Below are positions 55,280 to 64,000 of a stretch of 64,000 nucleotides of DNA, piece by piece. Source of the stretch: Candidatus Diapherotrites archaeon LH_S9. Lineage in GTDB: Archaea > B1Sed10-29 > WALL01 > JAGXON01. The notes under the pieces were generated by a model. That model was not told where the DNA came from and ran no database searches. It saw only the letters and a list, made by a program, of their open reading frames with translations. The number at the start of each line of letters is the position of its first letter. The stretch's first letter is position 1. The DNA is taken from the NCBI GenBank assembly GCA_023659865.1, contig JAGXON010000001.1, forward strand, positions 45,968 through 109,967, read 5' to 3'. The translations under genes and the position numbers were made by a program.

Positions 55280-55942
55280 TCATAAATTCTTCTTCGCATT
55301 CTCAAAAACTCCTTTCATCGTCCGAACCTCTCTCGGTGTAACAAAAGCTCTTGAAACAACGTCTCTAAACATCTTCGTTGCATTATCTGGATTACGGAAA
55401 CCAATCTCTTCAGATGCAGCTAAACTCCTGAAAGAATTAATCAATCCTTCTTTATCCGATCTTCTGACTCTTTCTTTCTCTTCAGTCTCTTTCCTGAACA
55501 TTTCATAAAAAAATATGACTGCTGCATGACTCACATTCAACGTACCGTACTCTTCAGACGCAGGAACGTACGAAACCAAATCGCACTCCCTTATCTCATC
55601 GTTGGTCAAACCAATATCCTCTCTTCCAAAAACCAGGCCGATATCCCCTTTCCTTTCCGAGGACTTCTCAGCTACTTTTTCTGGAGTAAGACCTTTCGGG
55701 TTCGAAGTCGTGGCTACACTAATGTCTACTTCTTTCAAAGCATCTTCAAGACTGCCGAAAACTTTTGAGTTCTTCAGAACGTCTTCTGCGTGCATCGCCC
55801 TCGCTTTTGAATCTCCATCGATTTCGCAAGACGGATTAACGATAATTAGCTCGTTTAACCTGAAGTTCTTCATCGATCTGGCCATGAACCCTATGTTGCC
55901 GGAAGTTTGAGGTTCTACAAAAATTACTTTGGTGTTCATCAC
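55280..55942 (-). CDS. trmJ: SPOUT-class RNA 2'-O-methyltransferase (TrmJ/LasT-like)
   Basis: VIFVEPQTSGNIGFMARSMKNFRLNELIIVNP matches TrmJ/LasT. Confidence 0.6.
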   Translation of the reverse strand: MMNTKVIFVEPQTSGNIGFMARSMKNFRLNELIIVNPSCEIDGDSKARAMHAEDVLKNSKVFGSLEDALKEVDISVATTSNPKGLTPEKVAEKSSERKGDIGLVFGREDIGLTNDEIRECDLVSYVPASEEYGTLNVSHAAVIFFYEMFRKETEEKERVRRSDKEGLINSFRSLAASEEIGFRNPDNATKMFRDVVSRAFVTPREVRTMKGVFENAKKNL

Positions 55943-55989
55943 TGTGTTAATGTGGCATCAATTTTTTATAGCTTGTCTGAATATTTGAA

Positions 55990-57330
55990 ATGATGAGAAA
56001 AAAAGTTTTTTTACTGGCTTCATTGCTGGTGATCTCTTCAGCAGTGTACGCGGCCGTTTCTTTCAATAAAGCTGGGAACATGGTAGCTTCGGAATTCCCT
56101 GAATTAGGTTCCCCGAACAGCGTGCACTCGTACACTATAAAAGTAAGCAACGGAAGCTACTTCGTCTACGAATTTGAGGAAGAAGGAGTTTGGGTGGCTG
56201 TAGATCAGGAAAAAGGTGACATGGCTTCTGGAGACGTTATCAAACCTGTTTTTTCTGTTTATTATTCTATCAAGAACATTAGGGCTCAGAAAGAAAGCGA
56301 AGGCTATCCTGGAAAAAGCTTTGTAACCATATCCAGGATGCATGGAGACGTTAAATCACAGGTAAGTTACATAAAAACCTGGCAGCAGGACCTACCGGAA
56401 GAACTTTCTGAAGAAACAGACTCGCTCTTAAAAGCAGCTGAAGAACTGGACAGTGCCTTCTCAAAACTTTCGAACGAGAAAGGAGACCTAGAGCAATCAG
56501 AAGAAGCCTTGCTGGAAAGCAGTTCCTCAACTCAGGACGTGGAGAACTGGAAGAGAGACTTTTCGGACGTGCTAACGGCAAAAGCCAACATGATAGAAAA
56601 AGCTTACGCTTACGAGAACGAGAGCCAAGAATTTATAGGATCTGCTTCAGACTTCAAATCAAAGAACGACACTGAACTAAACCAAAAAAAGGCTGTGAAC
56701 AGTTTTCTTTCAGGCATAAGCATATCCCGGATACCTGGATCTCTGCCTGGCATGGAATCAACCTTGAACAAGTGGGAAAACTGGTTCCAAACCACTTTAT
56801 CCGAAGAAAAAACAAAGGAAGAAGCAGAAAGGAGAAAAAGCAATTACGAAGAAATTTTATCAGAAAAAACAGTTGAAGACAGGAAAGAAGAGGCCACGAA
56901 CCTGATAGAACAAACATCACCAAAAGTAGAAGCGCTGAAGAACAAGCTAGAAGTTTGCTCGTCGGAACTCGATATCCCAACTCAGAAGAACTTCGGAGAA
57001 ATGAAAGACAAAATGGAGAAAGCTCAAAACTCTTATCAGGAAGCTAAAACCCTTTATCAAGAATCAGAGTACGATGCAGCAAAAGAAGGATACTTGAACG
57101 CTTTCAGTTACGCTGAAGACGCGGAAGAACAAGCTGGAAAGCTCGAGGGAACCAATTGTCCTGAAGAAGAGTCTGAACCTCAAGGTATCGGCGAGATACT
57201 GGCCAATTTCGTGTCCTCGATTTGGGGACTAGCTTTCTTTGTTTTGGTGATAGCATTAATAGTAATCTGGGTAATAAGTCATAGAGGAGGTGAAGAATAT
57301 GAAGAAGACTACGATTATTATGATTACTAG
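55990..57330 (+). CDS. Secreted protein with a helical ectodomain, a C-terminal TM anchor and a Tyr/acidic tail (EEYEEDYDYYDY)
   Basis: There is a signal peptide. A hydrophobic segment near the C-terminus is followed by the acidic Tyr-rich tail. Confidence 0.4.
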   Translation: MMRKKVFLLASLLVISSAVYAAVSFNKAGNMVASEFPELGSPNSVHSYTIKVSNGSYFVYEFEEEGVWVAVDQEKGDMASGDVIKPVFSVYYSIKNIRAQKESEGYPGKSFVTISRMHGDVKSQVSYIKTWQQDLPEELSEETDSLLKAAEELDSAFSKLSNEKGDLEQSEEALLESSSSTQDVENWKRDFSDVLTAKANMIEKAYAYENESQEFIGSASDFKSKNDTELNQKKAVNSFLSGISISRIPGSLPGMESTLNKWENWFQTTLSEEKTKEEAERRKSNYEEILSEKTVEDRKEEATNLIEQTSPKVEALKNKLEVCSSELDIPTQKNFGEMKDKMEKAQNSYQEAKTLYQESEYDAAKEGYLNAFSYAEDAEEQAGKLEGTNCPEEESEPQGIGEILANFVSSIWGLAFFVLVIALIVIWVISHRGGEEYEEDYDYYDY

Positions 57331-58012
57331 TCTCTTGATGACTTTAACTGCTTCTGCAGCTTCTTTAGAGTTACAGCAAAAGCACGTGTTCACTTCAGAA
57401 GAGTTTGAAGTCGAGGTAACCCAGCACGCTCCGTTCGATGGAACATTAGAGCTTGCTTTCAACGGTGAAACAAAGAAGATATCGATAGAGAACCTGGAAC
57501 AAGGTTACTTTACTCAAACCCTGACCCTGAAAGCTCCACCTTACCCCGGGACCTATACTATAAAAGGAGATTTTGAAAAAGAAATCGGGATAGAGGAAAA
57601 CCCTCTACAAATAGAGAGCCTGGAAACTGATCCAAGCACGATCGATCCAAGAGAAACCACAAAACTCAAGTACAGGATAACCAACACCGGGAAAACAGAT
57701 GTATACAATGTAGAAGTAAAAGTAAACGCTTTCGGAGGAGAAAGATTTCTTGAAATAGCTGGATCTGAAAGCAAGCAAGAAAAAATGGCTCCAGAAGAAT
57801 CTTCAAGCAAGGTAGTGAACATAAAAGCAAAACCTTCGTCTGAAGGAAATTACAATATCGTTCTAAGAGTAAGTTACGAGTTCAATGAAGAAACTCACGT
57901 TATCTCTTCTTCCACCGACATGAACGTCGGAGGGTCAAACAACATAGAAATAGTTTTGATCGGACTAATAGTGCTTCTTGGACTTGGTATAGCAATAAAA
58001 AACTACATTTAG
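57290..58012 (+). CDS. Secreted CARDB-like domain protein with a C-terminal TM anchor
   Basis: Signal peptide. ETTKLKYRITNTGKTDVYNVEVKVNAFG resembles the CARDB fold. The C-terminus is hydrophobic. Confidence 0.45.
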   Translation: MKNMKKTTIIMITSLLMTLTASAASLELQQKHVFTSEEFEVEVTQHAPFDGTLELAFNGETKKISIENLEQGYFTQTLTLKAPPYPGTYTIKGDFEKEIGIEENPLQIESLETDPSTIDPRETTKLKYRITNTGKTDVYNVEVKVNAFGGERFLEIAGSESKQEKMAPEESSSKVVNIKAKPSSEGNYNIVLRVSYEFNEETHVISSSTDMNVGGSNNIEIVLIGLIVLLGLGIAIKNYI

Positions 58013-58503
58013 TCCATTAAAACCTCTGCCAGATCTCCTTCACAATTAGAATAATCGCTTACCTCCTGAGATTCTCCTCCAACAATATCAAAAACACATT
58101 TCATCTTCATACCCCCCTCTTCTTCTCCTGAAGCCTTTTTTGATTCAACAAAAACTATACACTCTCCGATCCCTCTCTGGATTGTGTAAACTCGTTCAGT
58201 ACCTGCATAAGAACTCTTGTACTCTCCTTTAACACACTTTCTTTTCTTGCTCAGGCAAAAAGGTTTAGAGCATTCAGTAGGTTCTTCTGCTACAAGAAAA
58301 GGAACAGCGTACCCCACTATCAAAAGTAAAACAATCCCTGCAACTATCACTGATCCTATCCTCAAGCTTTTTTTCCGGGCCTCGCTTTCCTCATCAGGCT
58401 GTTCTTTAAGCTCTTCCGAAGATTTTTGTTTCTCCTCCTCTTTTTCTTCCTCGGAAAGTTCAAAACCTTCTTTTGAAAGATCTATTTCTTCACCCATCGT
58501 CAC
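58009..58503 (-). CDS. Small single-pass membrane protein with an acidic N-terminus and a Cys-containing C-domain
   Basis: ORF plus a single TM helix. Confidence 0.3.
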   Translation of the reverse strand: MTMGEEIDLSKEGFELSEEEKEEEKQKSSEELKEQPDEESEARKKSLRIGSVIVAGIVLLLIVGYAVPFLVAEEPTECSKPFCLSKKRKCVKGEYKSSYAGTERVYTIQRGIGECIVFVESKKASGEEEGGMKMKCVFDIVGGESQEVSDYSNCEGDLAEVLMD

Positions 58504-58647
58504 TCAAACTCCTCTAGCTCGTTTTATCTTAGACAAGATTTTTTCACTGCTTTTTCTCACAAGATTCAATGAATTGTTTTGACTTGTCTTGTTTTAACTC
58601 TTTCCCCCCCACTTTTCGGAAGGAGACTTCTCGCCAGTTATGTTAAA

Positions 58648-59700
58648 TCACCTCAGCTCCACAACATCCTCGTCACAAAGCTCGTGAGACAATCCTACTT
58701 TTTGACCGCCGAACTTCGCGCTCTCACCCCAAATTCTTGCTTCATCAAAGCTTGAATGAATCTTTTCAGCTGCTTCGTCGATACTGGCGCCTTGATTAAC
58801 TATCAAAGGCTCATCGTAATCCGGGTCCTCCCCCCTCCTCTTCATGTAAATCCTTATGAGCCCAAGAGGCTGAAAAATATTTTCTTTTAATTCTTCAAGA
58901 CCTTTTTCTTCTTTCGCGCTTATTCCTATGTCAAAATCGTCGCTCACTTCATCAACTAAATCAATTTTGTTCGCAACCTTGACTGAAGGAAGATACTTCC
59001 TGTTTTTCCTCGCAGCATCTTCCAACCGCTCTAAATTAAGGTCCTCGTTTATCGTGACCACTGCATTTATTACGCCGTACTCTTTCAAGAACGCTTTAAC
59101 AGTTTCCTCATCCAAATTGGATTGTTCCACTGTACTTCTCACTTCTAATCCCCCTCTCCCTCTTTTCCTGATCCTGACGTCAGGCGGGTCCTGATCCAGC
59201 CTGATCCCTGTTTTTTCGAGCTCTTGAACAGTTTTCTCTAATCGGTCGGGCTCGCTGGCATCAACAACAATCACGATCAGATCAGCTGATCTTGCCAGAC
59301 TAAGAACTTCTTTTCCTTCTCCTTTCCCTTTCGCGGCTCCGATAATAATCCCAGGAACATCAAAAATCTGGATCTTGGCTCCTTTATACGTGAGCATGCC
59401 TGGAATAACCTCAAGAGTAGTAAACTGATACTCAGCTACTTCTGGTTCCGCGTTTGTTAACTCGTTAAGTATCGTGCTTTTCCCAACGGACGGAAATCCA
59501 GTCAAGAGCACCGTAGCGTCTCCAGTCTTTTGCGGAGCGTACCCCTGAGTCGATCCGCCTGAAGATTTCTCTTTTTTCTCCTTTAATCGAGCTATCCTAG
59601 CCTTAAGTTCACCTACATGACGCATCGTGGCCTTGTTGTACGGAGTTTCCCTGATTTCTTTTTCCAGTTCTTTTATCTTTTCTTCAACGCCCATTTTCAC
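58648..59700 (-). CDS. drg: Obg-family GTPase of the DRG/Rbg1 type with a C-terminal TGS domain
   Basis: G1 (GFPSVGKST), G3 (DVPG), G4 (NKID) and a TGS-like C-terminus are present. Confidence 0.8.
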   Translation of the reverse strand: MKMGVEEKIKELEKEIRETPYNKATMRHVGELKARIARLKEKKEKSSGGSTQGYAPQKTGDATVLLTGFPSVGKSTILNELTNAEPEVAEYQFTTLEVIPGMLTYKGAKIQIFDVPGIIIGAAKGKGEGKEVLSLARSADLIVIVVDASEPDRLEKTVQELEKTGIRLDQDPPDVRIRKRGRGGLEVRSTVEQSNLDEETVKAFLKEYGVINAVVTINEDLNLERLEDAARKNRKYLPSVKVANKIDLVDEVSDDFDIGISAKEEKGLEELKENIFQPLGLIRIYMKRRGEDPDYDEPLIVNQGASIDEAAEKIHSSFDEARIWGESAKFGGQKVGLSHELCDEDVVELR

Positions 59701-60265
59701 TCGCTCCGTACACTCTTAGTTTTTCCCAAGGGATTTTTTTCTCTTCCTCGATCCAGAAGTTCATTCCTTTTTGCTTAAGGATTTCTTCTGTCTTCCTGAA
59801 GTCGTTTAAGGATGATTGCACAAAAAAAGCTTTGCCTCCGTCAGCCAAATAATCTCTAAAATGATTCAGGAACCTGTCCAACAGCTCTCTACCTTTCTTG
59901 CCCCCGTCAAGGTCCTGATGCCCTTCTTTTCCTGGTAAGTAAGGAGGATTAAAAAATATCAGGTCGAATTCGCTGCTTATTTCGCTGAACAAATCGCTTT
60001 GAACAAAAGATGTCTGCAGGTCGCCTGCGTTCTCTTCAGCCAGCTTCAGAGTAGTTTCGCTAACATCAGATGAAACTACTTCAGAGCCGTTAGAGGCTGC
60101 AACAATTCCCTGGATTCCGGAACCAGTCCCAAGATCCAGCACTCGCTTGCCTTTACCTGAATGTTTTTTCACTACCTTGGCTAGCAAGAAAGAGTCTTCT
60201 CTAGGAGAGTAAACACCTTCTTTTTCCTTGAACTCAAATTCATCAAAAAATACTGTCATCTGCAA
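59684..60265 (-). CDS. Class I SAM-dependent methyltransferase, HemK/PrmC (Mtq2-like) protein-glutamine N5-methyltransferase
   Basis: VLDLGTGSGIQGI and the NPPY motif (IFFNPPYLP) are present. Confidence 0.65.
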   Translation of the reverse strand: MQMTVFFDEFEFKEKEGVYSPREDSFLLAKVVKKHSGKGKRVLDLGTGSGIQGIVAASNGSEVVSSDVSETTLKLAEENAGDLQTSFVQSDLFSEISSEFDLIFFNPPYLPGKEGHQDLDGGKKGRELLDRFLNHFRDYLADGGKAFFVQSSLNDFRKTEEILKQKGMNFWIEEEKKIPWEKLRVYGASENGR

Positions 60266-60285
60266 AAAAGTTTTCTTGTGCGAGT

Positions 60286-60936
60286 TTATCCGCCTGGCTC
60301 GCCAGTGAAGTAAACTCCAACAGTCACAAAAACAACTGAAGTGAGCAAGTACATTGCTCCAGTAACCATCAGTATAACTCCTTCAGTTATAGAACCGAAG
60401 TCAAGAGCCATAACTTGAGGAGTAACGTTGAAAACAGCGTGACCAGCTAAGAACAGTCCAAAAATAAAGAATACGACTGCAACGATAAGCCTGAGTTTTG
60501 AAGGTCCTGCTAGGAGGTTATCAACATCTGTTCTGAGCAATTCAACTTTTTTCCTTAGTTTCACGTTCTCTTCTCTTATTTTCTTCGTGGAGAGTGAGAG
60601 GTTGTCAATTTTTTCATTCATCTTTCTCGCAAACTCCCCCATTTTTGTTTCAGCTCGAGAGTAAACTTGATCCTCTATATCCCCCATTTCCTCTTCTAAC
60701 TTGTCTTCAACCATTGAATCGATCATGTCTCGGTTGTCCTTTATTCTCTTCTGGATGAATTGGGACATTTCTCCTTTGAACTTGGCGTAGACGTCTTTTT
60801 CAGCTATTTCCATTACTTCGTCTACTTCTTCGTCAGATAAACTCATCTGGCTCAGATTATTGCGAATCTCGTTGTCGGAAAGTCCTTTGCTTCTCATGTC
60901 CGTAACTATTCTGAGCAGTTTTGGTTTTTCAGCCAA
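60286..60936 (-). CDS. Coiled-coil protein with C-terminal TM helices
   Basis: ORF only. Helical N-domain and two C-terminal hydrophobic segments. Confidence 0.3.
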   Translation of the reverse strand: MAEKPKLLRIVTDMRSKGLSDNEIRNNLSQMSLSDEEVDEVMEIAEKDVYAKFKGEMSQFIQKRIKDNRDMIDSMVEDKLEEEMGDIEDQVYSRAETKMGEFARKMNEKIDNLSLSTKKIREENVKLRKKVELLRTDVDNLLAGPSKLRLIVAVVFFIFGLFLAGHAVFNVTPQVMALDFGSITEGVILMVTGAMYLLTSVVFVTVGVYFTGEPGG

Positions 60937-61006
60937 ATTATCATCCTCGGCAAAAAATATAAGTATGTAAACTATTTAAAAGTTATCATAACAAAAAGGA
61001 GATAAA

Positions 61007-61438
61007 ATGAAAATTCCTCGCCACATCATCGTATCGCTGAACTCCATAATCGTTCTAATCATATTCACAATAGCAGTAGTATCTGGAATAGTCTACTTTC
61101 TGCCTAAGTACACTGGATCACCTAACGCTCCCGAACTAGACATCAAAGCAAGATACCCCAAGCAAGCAAACACAGGAAGCGAGTGGGCTGTTAACATCTC
61201 CGTAGAAAACCAGGGAGAAAAGACAGTGAATAACTTGTTCGCTGAAATTCGTGAAAACGATTACGTTGAAACGGCAGAAGCAGGAGAACTAGAACTGCCT
61301 CCAGAAAACAAGACCACGCTCTTACTGAACTCAAAAGTATTTAATAGCGCTGAAAAAGGTGAAGCGAACATTACAGTGCTCGTTAAATCCAAGAGACTCG
61401 AAGGAAAAAAGACCGTCCTCCCAATAACAATCCCTTGA
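61007..61438 (+). CDS. Membrane-anchored CARDB-like domain protein
   Basis: An N-terminal TM helix is followed by the beta-rich domain WAVNISVENQGEKTV. Confidence 0.4.
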   Translation: MKIPRHIIVSLNSIIVLIIFTIAVVSGIVYFLPKYTGSPNAPELDIKARYPKQANTGSEWAVNISVENQGEKTVNNLFAEIRENDYVETAEAGELELPPENKTTLLLNSKVFNSAEKGEANITVLVKSKRLEGKKTVLPITIP

Positions 61439-61469
61439 TTTCAACAAATTAACGAAAGAAACTTCGGTG

Positions 61470-62950
61470 AACTACCACCACCAAAATCAAAGATTTTGGG
61501 GGTGGCTTCCTGATTCAACCACTTGACTTGCAGGAACGTGTTGCAGTTCTTGTAGAGGTTTAGTGTCCACAGGCGTAGATTCGGGTCGTCCCGACCCTAG
61601 TTTATCTATTCCTTTTTCTAAGATGTTTAGTGAGGCGTTGTAGTCACGGTCGATGTCTTGGCCGTGTTTGTGTTCTTGCGAAGTGCCTTGTGGGTTCACT
61701 TTGATTACTGTCTTACCAGCTCTTTCAGCCTTGTAGGATAGCAGCTCTGTGAATTTGTTCCACGAGGCATCAGTTATCCCTCTCGCAAGATAAGGGTTTT
61801 TAGTCATGTTCTTGATGTTTAGGTCTTCAACCGCAATCAAATCGTAGTTATCGACATAGTAGTGTGAAAGCTTGTGCAAAAAATCATTGCGTTGATTTTC
61901 AATTCGCTCGTGCTGTCGAGCTACGCGAACACGCTGTTTATCGCTGTTGTTCGAACCGTGCTCCATCCTTGAAAGCTTTTTCTGTCTGCGTTCAAGTTTC
62001 TTTGCCGACTTCTCTAAGTACTCTGGATTCTCAAACTGTCGACCATCACTGTCAGAACAATAGTATTTTAGCCCGACGTCGATACCGACAGCTTTCTCTA
62101 TCGGCTGTTCAGCAACTTCGTTCTCCTGTTCCACCATGATAGAAGCATACCATTTGCCAGACCGATAGTGCTTGATAACTACTTGTTTTATATCACCCTT
62201 GACAGGTCGGTGCATCCTCATCGGTAAATTGCCGACTTTAGAAATGTGTAGTTTATCTAAGCGGTTTCCTGTTTCCAGTATCTTGAAGCCGGATTGGTTG
62301 TAATGGATTGTTTTGAAACTTTGGCTCGACTTGAAACGCAGTCTTCCTACCTTGTTTCCTTTTTTCTTTGATTGAGACAGTGCATGAAGATTATGGAACA
62401 AACGGTGAACCTCATACTGCAGAGCCTTAGAGTACACTTGTTTTAGTTCAGGGTGTTCTTGTTTTAATGACGGTAGCTTATTCTGTAACTCATACTTATT
62501 TATCTCGTCCTGTTCATTCAACCATCCAAGAAGAGTGTTGTAAACATACCTACAGATCTCGAGGTTGTGGGATAGGGTTTCTTCTTGTTCTTTCGATGGA
62601 TACAGACGGAATTTGTAGGTTTTGTGCATTATTTTTCTCTCCCTGACTTTCTACGTATTTTTTTCAGTTGGTCAAGTGTTGCTTGTCCTGTTGTAGTAAG
62701 ACAAATCCTTCTGAAATACTCGTGTCCTCTCTTTTTTAGTTCGTTTGTTATATCTTTGTTGGTAAATACGTTTCTACGATGCTTTTTTATACATGACTGG
62801 ATGATAGGTCAATGTGAATACAGTGTGGGAAGGACTTATCGAAATCGTGGTAACTTTTTGGTTTTGATGGCATATGATACACATACCCTATTACCAACTG
62901 CTATATAAACATTGTGCCAATTCATCCTCCACCAAAATCTTTGATTTCGG
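61470..62950 (-). mobile_element. IS200/IS605-family, tnpB-only (IS1341-like) insertion sequence of about 1.48 kb
   Basis: A single tnpB ORF is flanked by similar subterminal hairpins that share CCACCAAAATC. One is at 61476-61506 (CCACCACCAAAATC-AAA-GATTTTGGGGGTGG) and one at 62921-62940 (CCAAAATC-TTT-GATTTCGG). Confidence 0.55.
61487..62629 (-). CDS. tnpB: TnpB-like (OrfB_IS605) RuvC-fold nuclease lacking the usual C-terminal zinc finger
   Basis: RuvC-I is GIDVGLKYY, RuvC-II is IAVEDLNIKNM, and RuvC-III is DRDYNASLNIL. Only about 7 aa (HKHGQDI) separate TSQE from DRD, whereas canonical TnpB has a roughly 30-aa CxxC...CxxC insert there. Confidence 0.7.
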   Translation of the reverse strand: MHKTYKFRLYPSKEQEETLSHNLEICRYVYNTLLGWLNEQDEINKYELQNKLPSLKQEHPELKQVYSKALQYEVHRLFHNLHALSQSKKKGNKVGRLRFKSSQSFKTIHYNQSGFKILETGNRLDKLHISKVGNLPMRMHRPVKGDIKQVVIKHYRSGKWYASIMVEQENEVAEQPIEKAVGIDVGLKYYCSDSDGRQFENPEYLEKSAKKLERRQKKLSRMEHGSNNSDKQRVRVARQHERIENQRNDFLHKLSHYYVDNYDLIAVEDLNIKNMTKNPYLARGITDASWNKFTELLSYKAERAGKTVIKVNPQGTSQEHKHGQDIDRDYNASLNILEKGIDKLGSGRPESTPVDTKPLQELQHVPASQVVESGSHPQNL

Positions 62951-63008
62951 AAGTAGACTTCTTGGCGAAACAGTTAAATATTAAAAAACTAGTTCTCTAA
63001 CTAAAAAC

Positions 63009-63689
63009 ATGAAAAAACTACAGCAAAAGATAGCTGGAGAAATCACTTTATCAACCGACCCAGGCGCAAGCATGAAAAAATGGAGGAACATTTTCGGTTT
63101 CACGCAAACAGAAGTAGCAGAATACTTGGATTTAACCCCTTCCACTATCAGCGACTACGAGAGCAACAGGAGAAGATCTCCAGGCATAAAAGTCATAAAA
63201 AGATTTGTTGAAGCCCTCCTAGAATTAGATCAGAAAAGAGGGAGTAAAATAATAAACAAGATGACGGAAGAAACTCCTCAATTCTTTGAAGTAAAAGACT
63301 TCCCAAAAAGAGTGAAAGCCACAGAATTCGCGGAAAAAATCAATGCAAAACCAGAAACAGGGAAAAGAAGAATAAAAGACATACAAATAACCGGATACTC
63401 CATAATAGACAGCCTGAAAGCCATCACACAGCTTCCAGTAGAAGAATTCAAAAAAATATATGGAACCTCAACCGACAGAGCCCTCATATTCACAAAAGTC
63501 AGTGTAGGACGAAGCCCGATGGTAGCAATCAGAGTAACAAAACTCAGGCCAAACATCGTCGTTTACCAAGGCCTTGACGAAATGAAGGACAAAATAGCTA
63601 GAAAGATTTCAGAAGTGGAAAAGATCCCGATACTGACAACGCAGATGAAACCAGAAGAGATAAAAAAGAAACTGAAAAGATTTGAGTGA
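63009..63689 (+). CDS. HTH (XRE-type) transcriptional regulator with a C-terminal conserved domain (COG1395-like)
   Basis: FGFTQTEVAEYLDLTPSTISDYESNRR is an HTH. The C-terminal domain is typical of archaeal COG1395 regulators. Confidence 0.55.
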   Translation: MKKLQQKIAGEITLSTDPGASMKKWRNIFGFTQTEVAEYLDLTPSTISDYESNRRRSPGIKVIKRFVEALLELDQKRGSKIINKMTEETPQFFEVKDFPKRVKATEFAEKINAKPETGKRRIKDIQITGYSIIDSLKAITQLPVEEFKKIYGTSTDRALIFTKVSVGRSPMVAIRVTKLRPNIVVYQGLDEMKDKIARKISEVEKIPILTTQMKPEEIKKKLKRFE

Positions 63690-63694
63690 GTCCA

Positions 63695-64000
63695 TGTGGT
63701 TCGCACTAGCATTAATAGCAATGACCTGCTTTGGCCTGCAGAATTTTCTTCTTAAAGTAGCTGGCGAACGAAAATACGACTCGAAAATAACTGTTTTTTC
63801 TTTTTTCTTCGTAGGAGCCATCCTAGCAATAATAATCTTCTTGGCGTCTCCCTTGGAAGTAACCAATCTTCCTTTTTTAGTTGGAATAGCAATCATCCAA
63901 GTCACTTTCTTCCTCACAGCAAGCTTGCTTAAGCTAGAGTCAATGAAACACACTGCTTCACTAAGAGCCTTCCCCATATTTGGAACACACGGAGCAATAA
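63695..64000 (+). CDS. EamA/DMT-family transporter, 3' end truncated by the window
   Basis: Consecutive TM helices with an EamA-like pattern. The ORF runs off the window end. Confidence 0.45.

Overview
The window reads as a compact, low-GC archaeal chromosome segment, probably from a DPANN-like or other small-genome archaeon. Archaeal information-processing genes dominate: MCM, FEN-1, an XPD-like helicase, NreA, a family-4 UDG, aIF1A, aIF2-beta, aIF5A, an Sm protein, and MetRS and ValRS. There is also a form-III RuBisCO, the four-subunit pyruvate/2-oxoacid:ferredoxin oxidoreductase (porGDAB) and a bacterial-type MetK. Two intron-containing tRNAs (Val-GAC and Ala-GGC) lie on the minus strand near 34.2-34.5 kb. 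Many secreted or membrane-anchored proteins carry Ig-like, CARDB-like or DUF4352 domains. Four regions stand out. (1) A tightly packed, translationally coupled cluster at 24.7-30.6 kb. It contains a 50-aa zinc-ribbon ORF missing from the ORF track, three NifX/NafY-like (Nitro_FeMo-Co) domains of which one is fused to a CDF metal exporter and one carries a Gly/Arg-rich tail, a ZIP transporter, two MinD-type ATPases with inserted 2x[4Fe-4S] ferredoxin domains, a DUF5320-like Gly/Arg-rich coiled-coil protein, a DUF134 regulator, and a thioredoxin-CcdA/DsbD fusion. Two of its promoters share a near-identical 37-nt block of TATA box plus 8-4-8 palindrome. (2) A degraded tailed-virus packaging module (TerS-like, TerL, portal-like) at 19.2-22.3 kb, with a 63-bp duplicated terL fragment in its upstream spacer. 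(3) A TnpB-only IS605-family element at 61.47-62.95 kb whose TnpB keeps the RuvC triad but has lost the zinc finger; it is flanked by matching subterminal hairpins. (4) A signal-peptide protein with an extracellular Kazal inhibitor domain, one transmembrane helix and a classical cytoplasmic C2H2 zinc finger. No CRISPR arrays or rRNA genes were seen.
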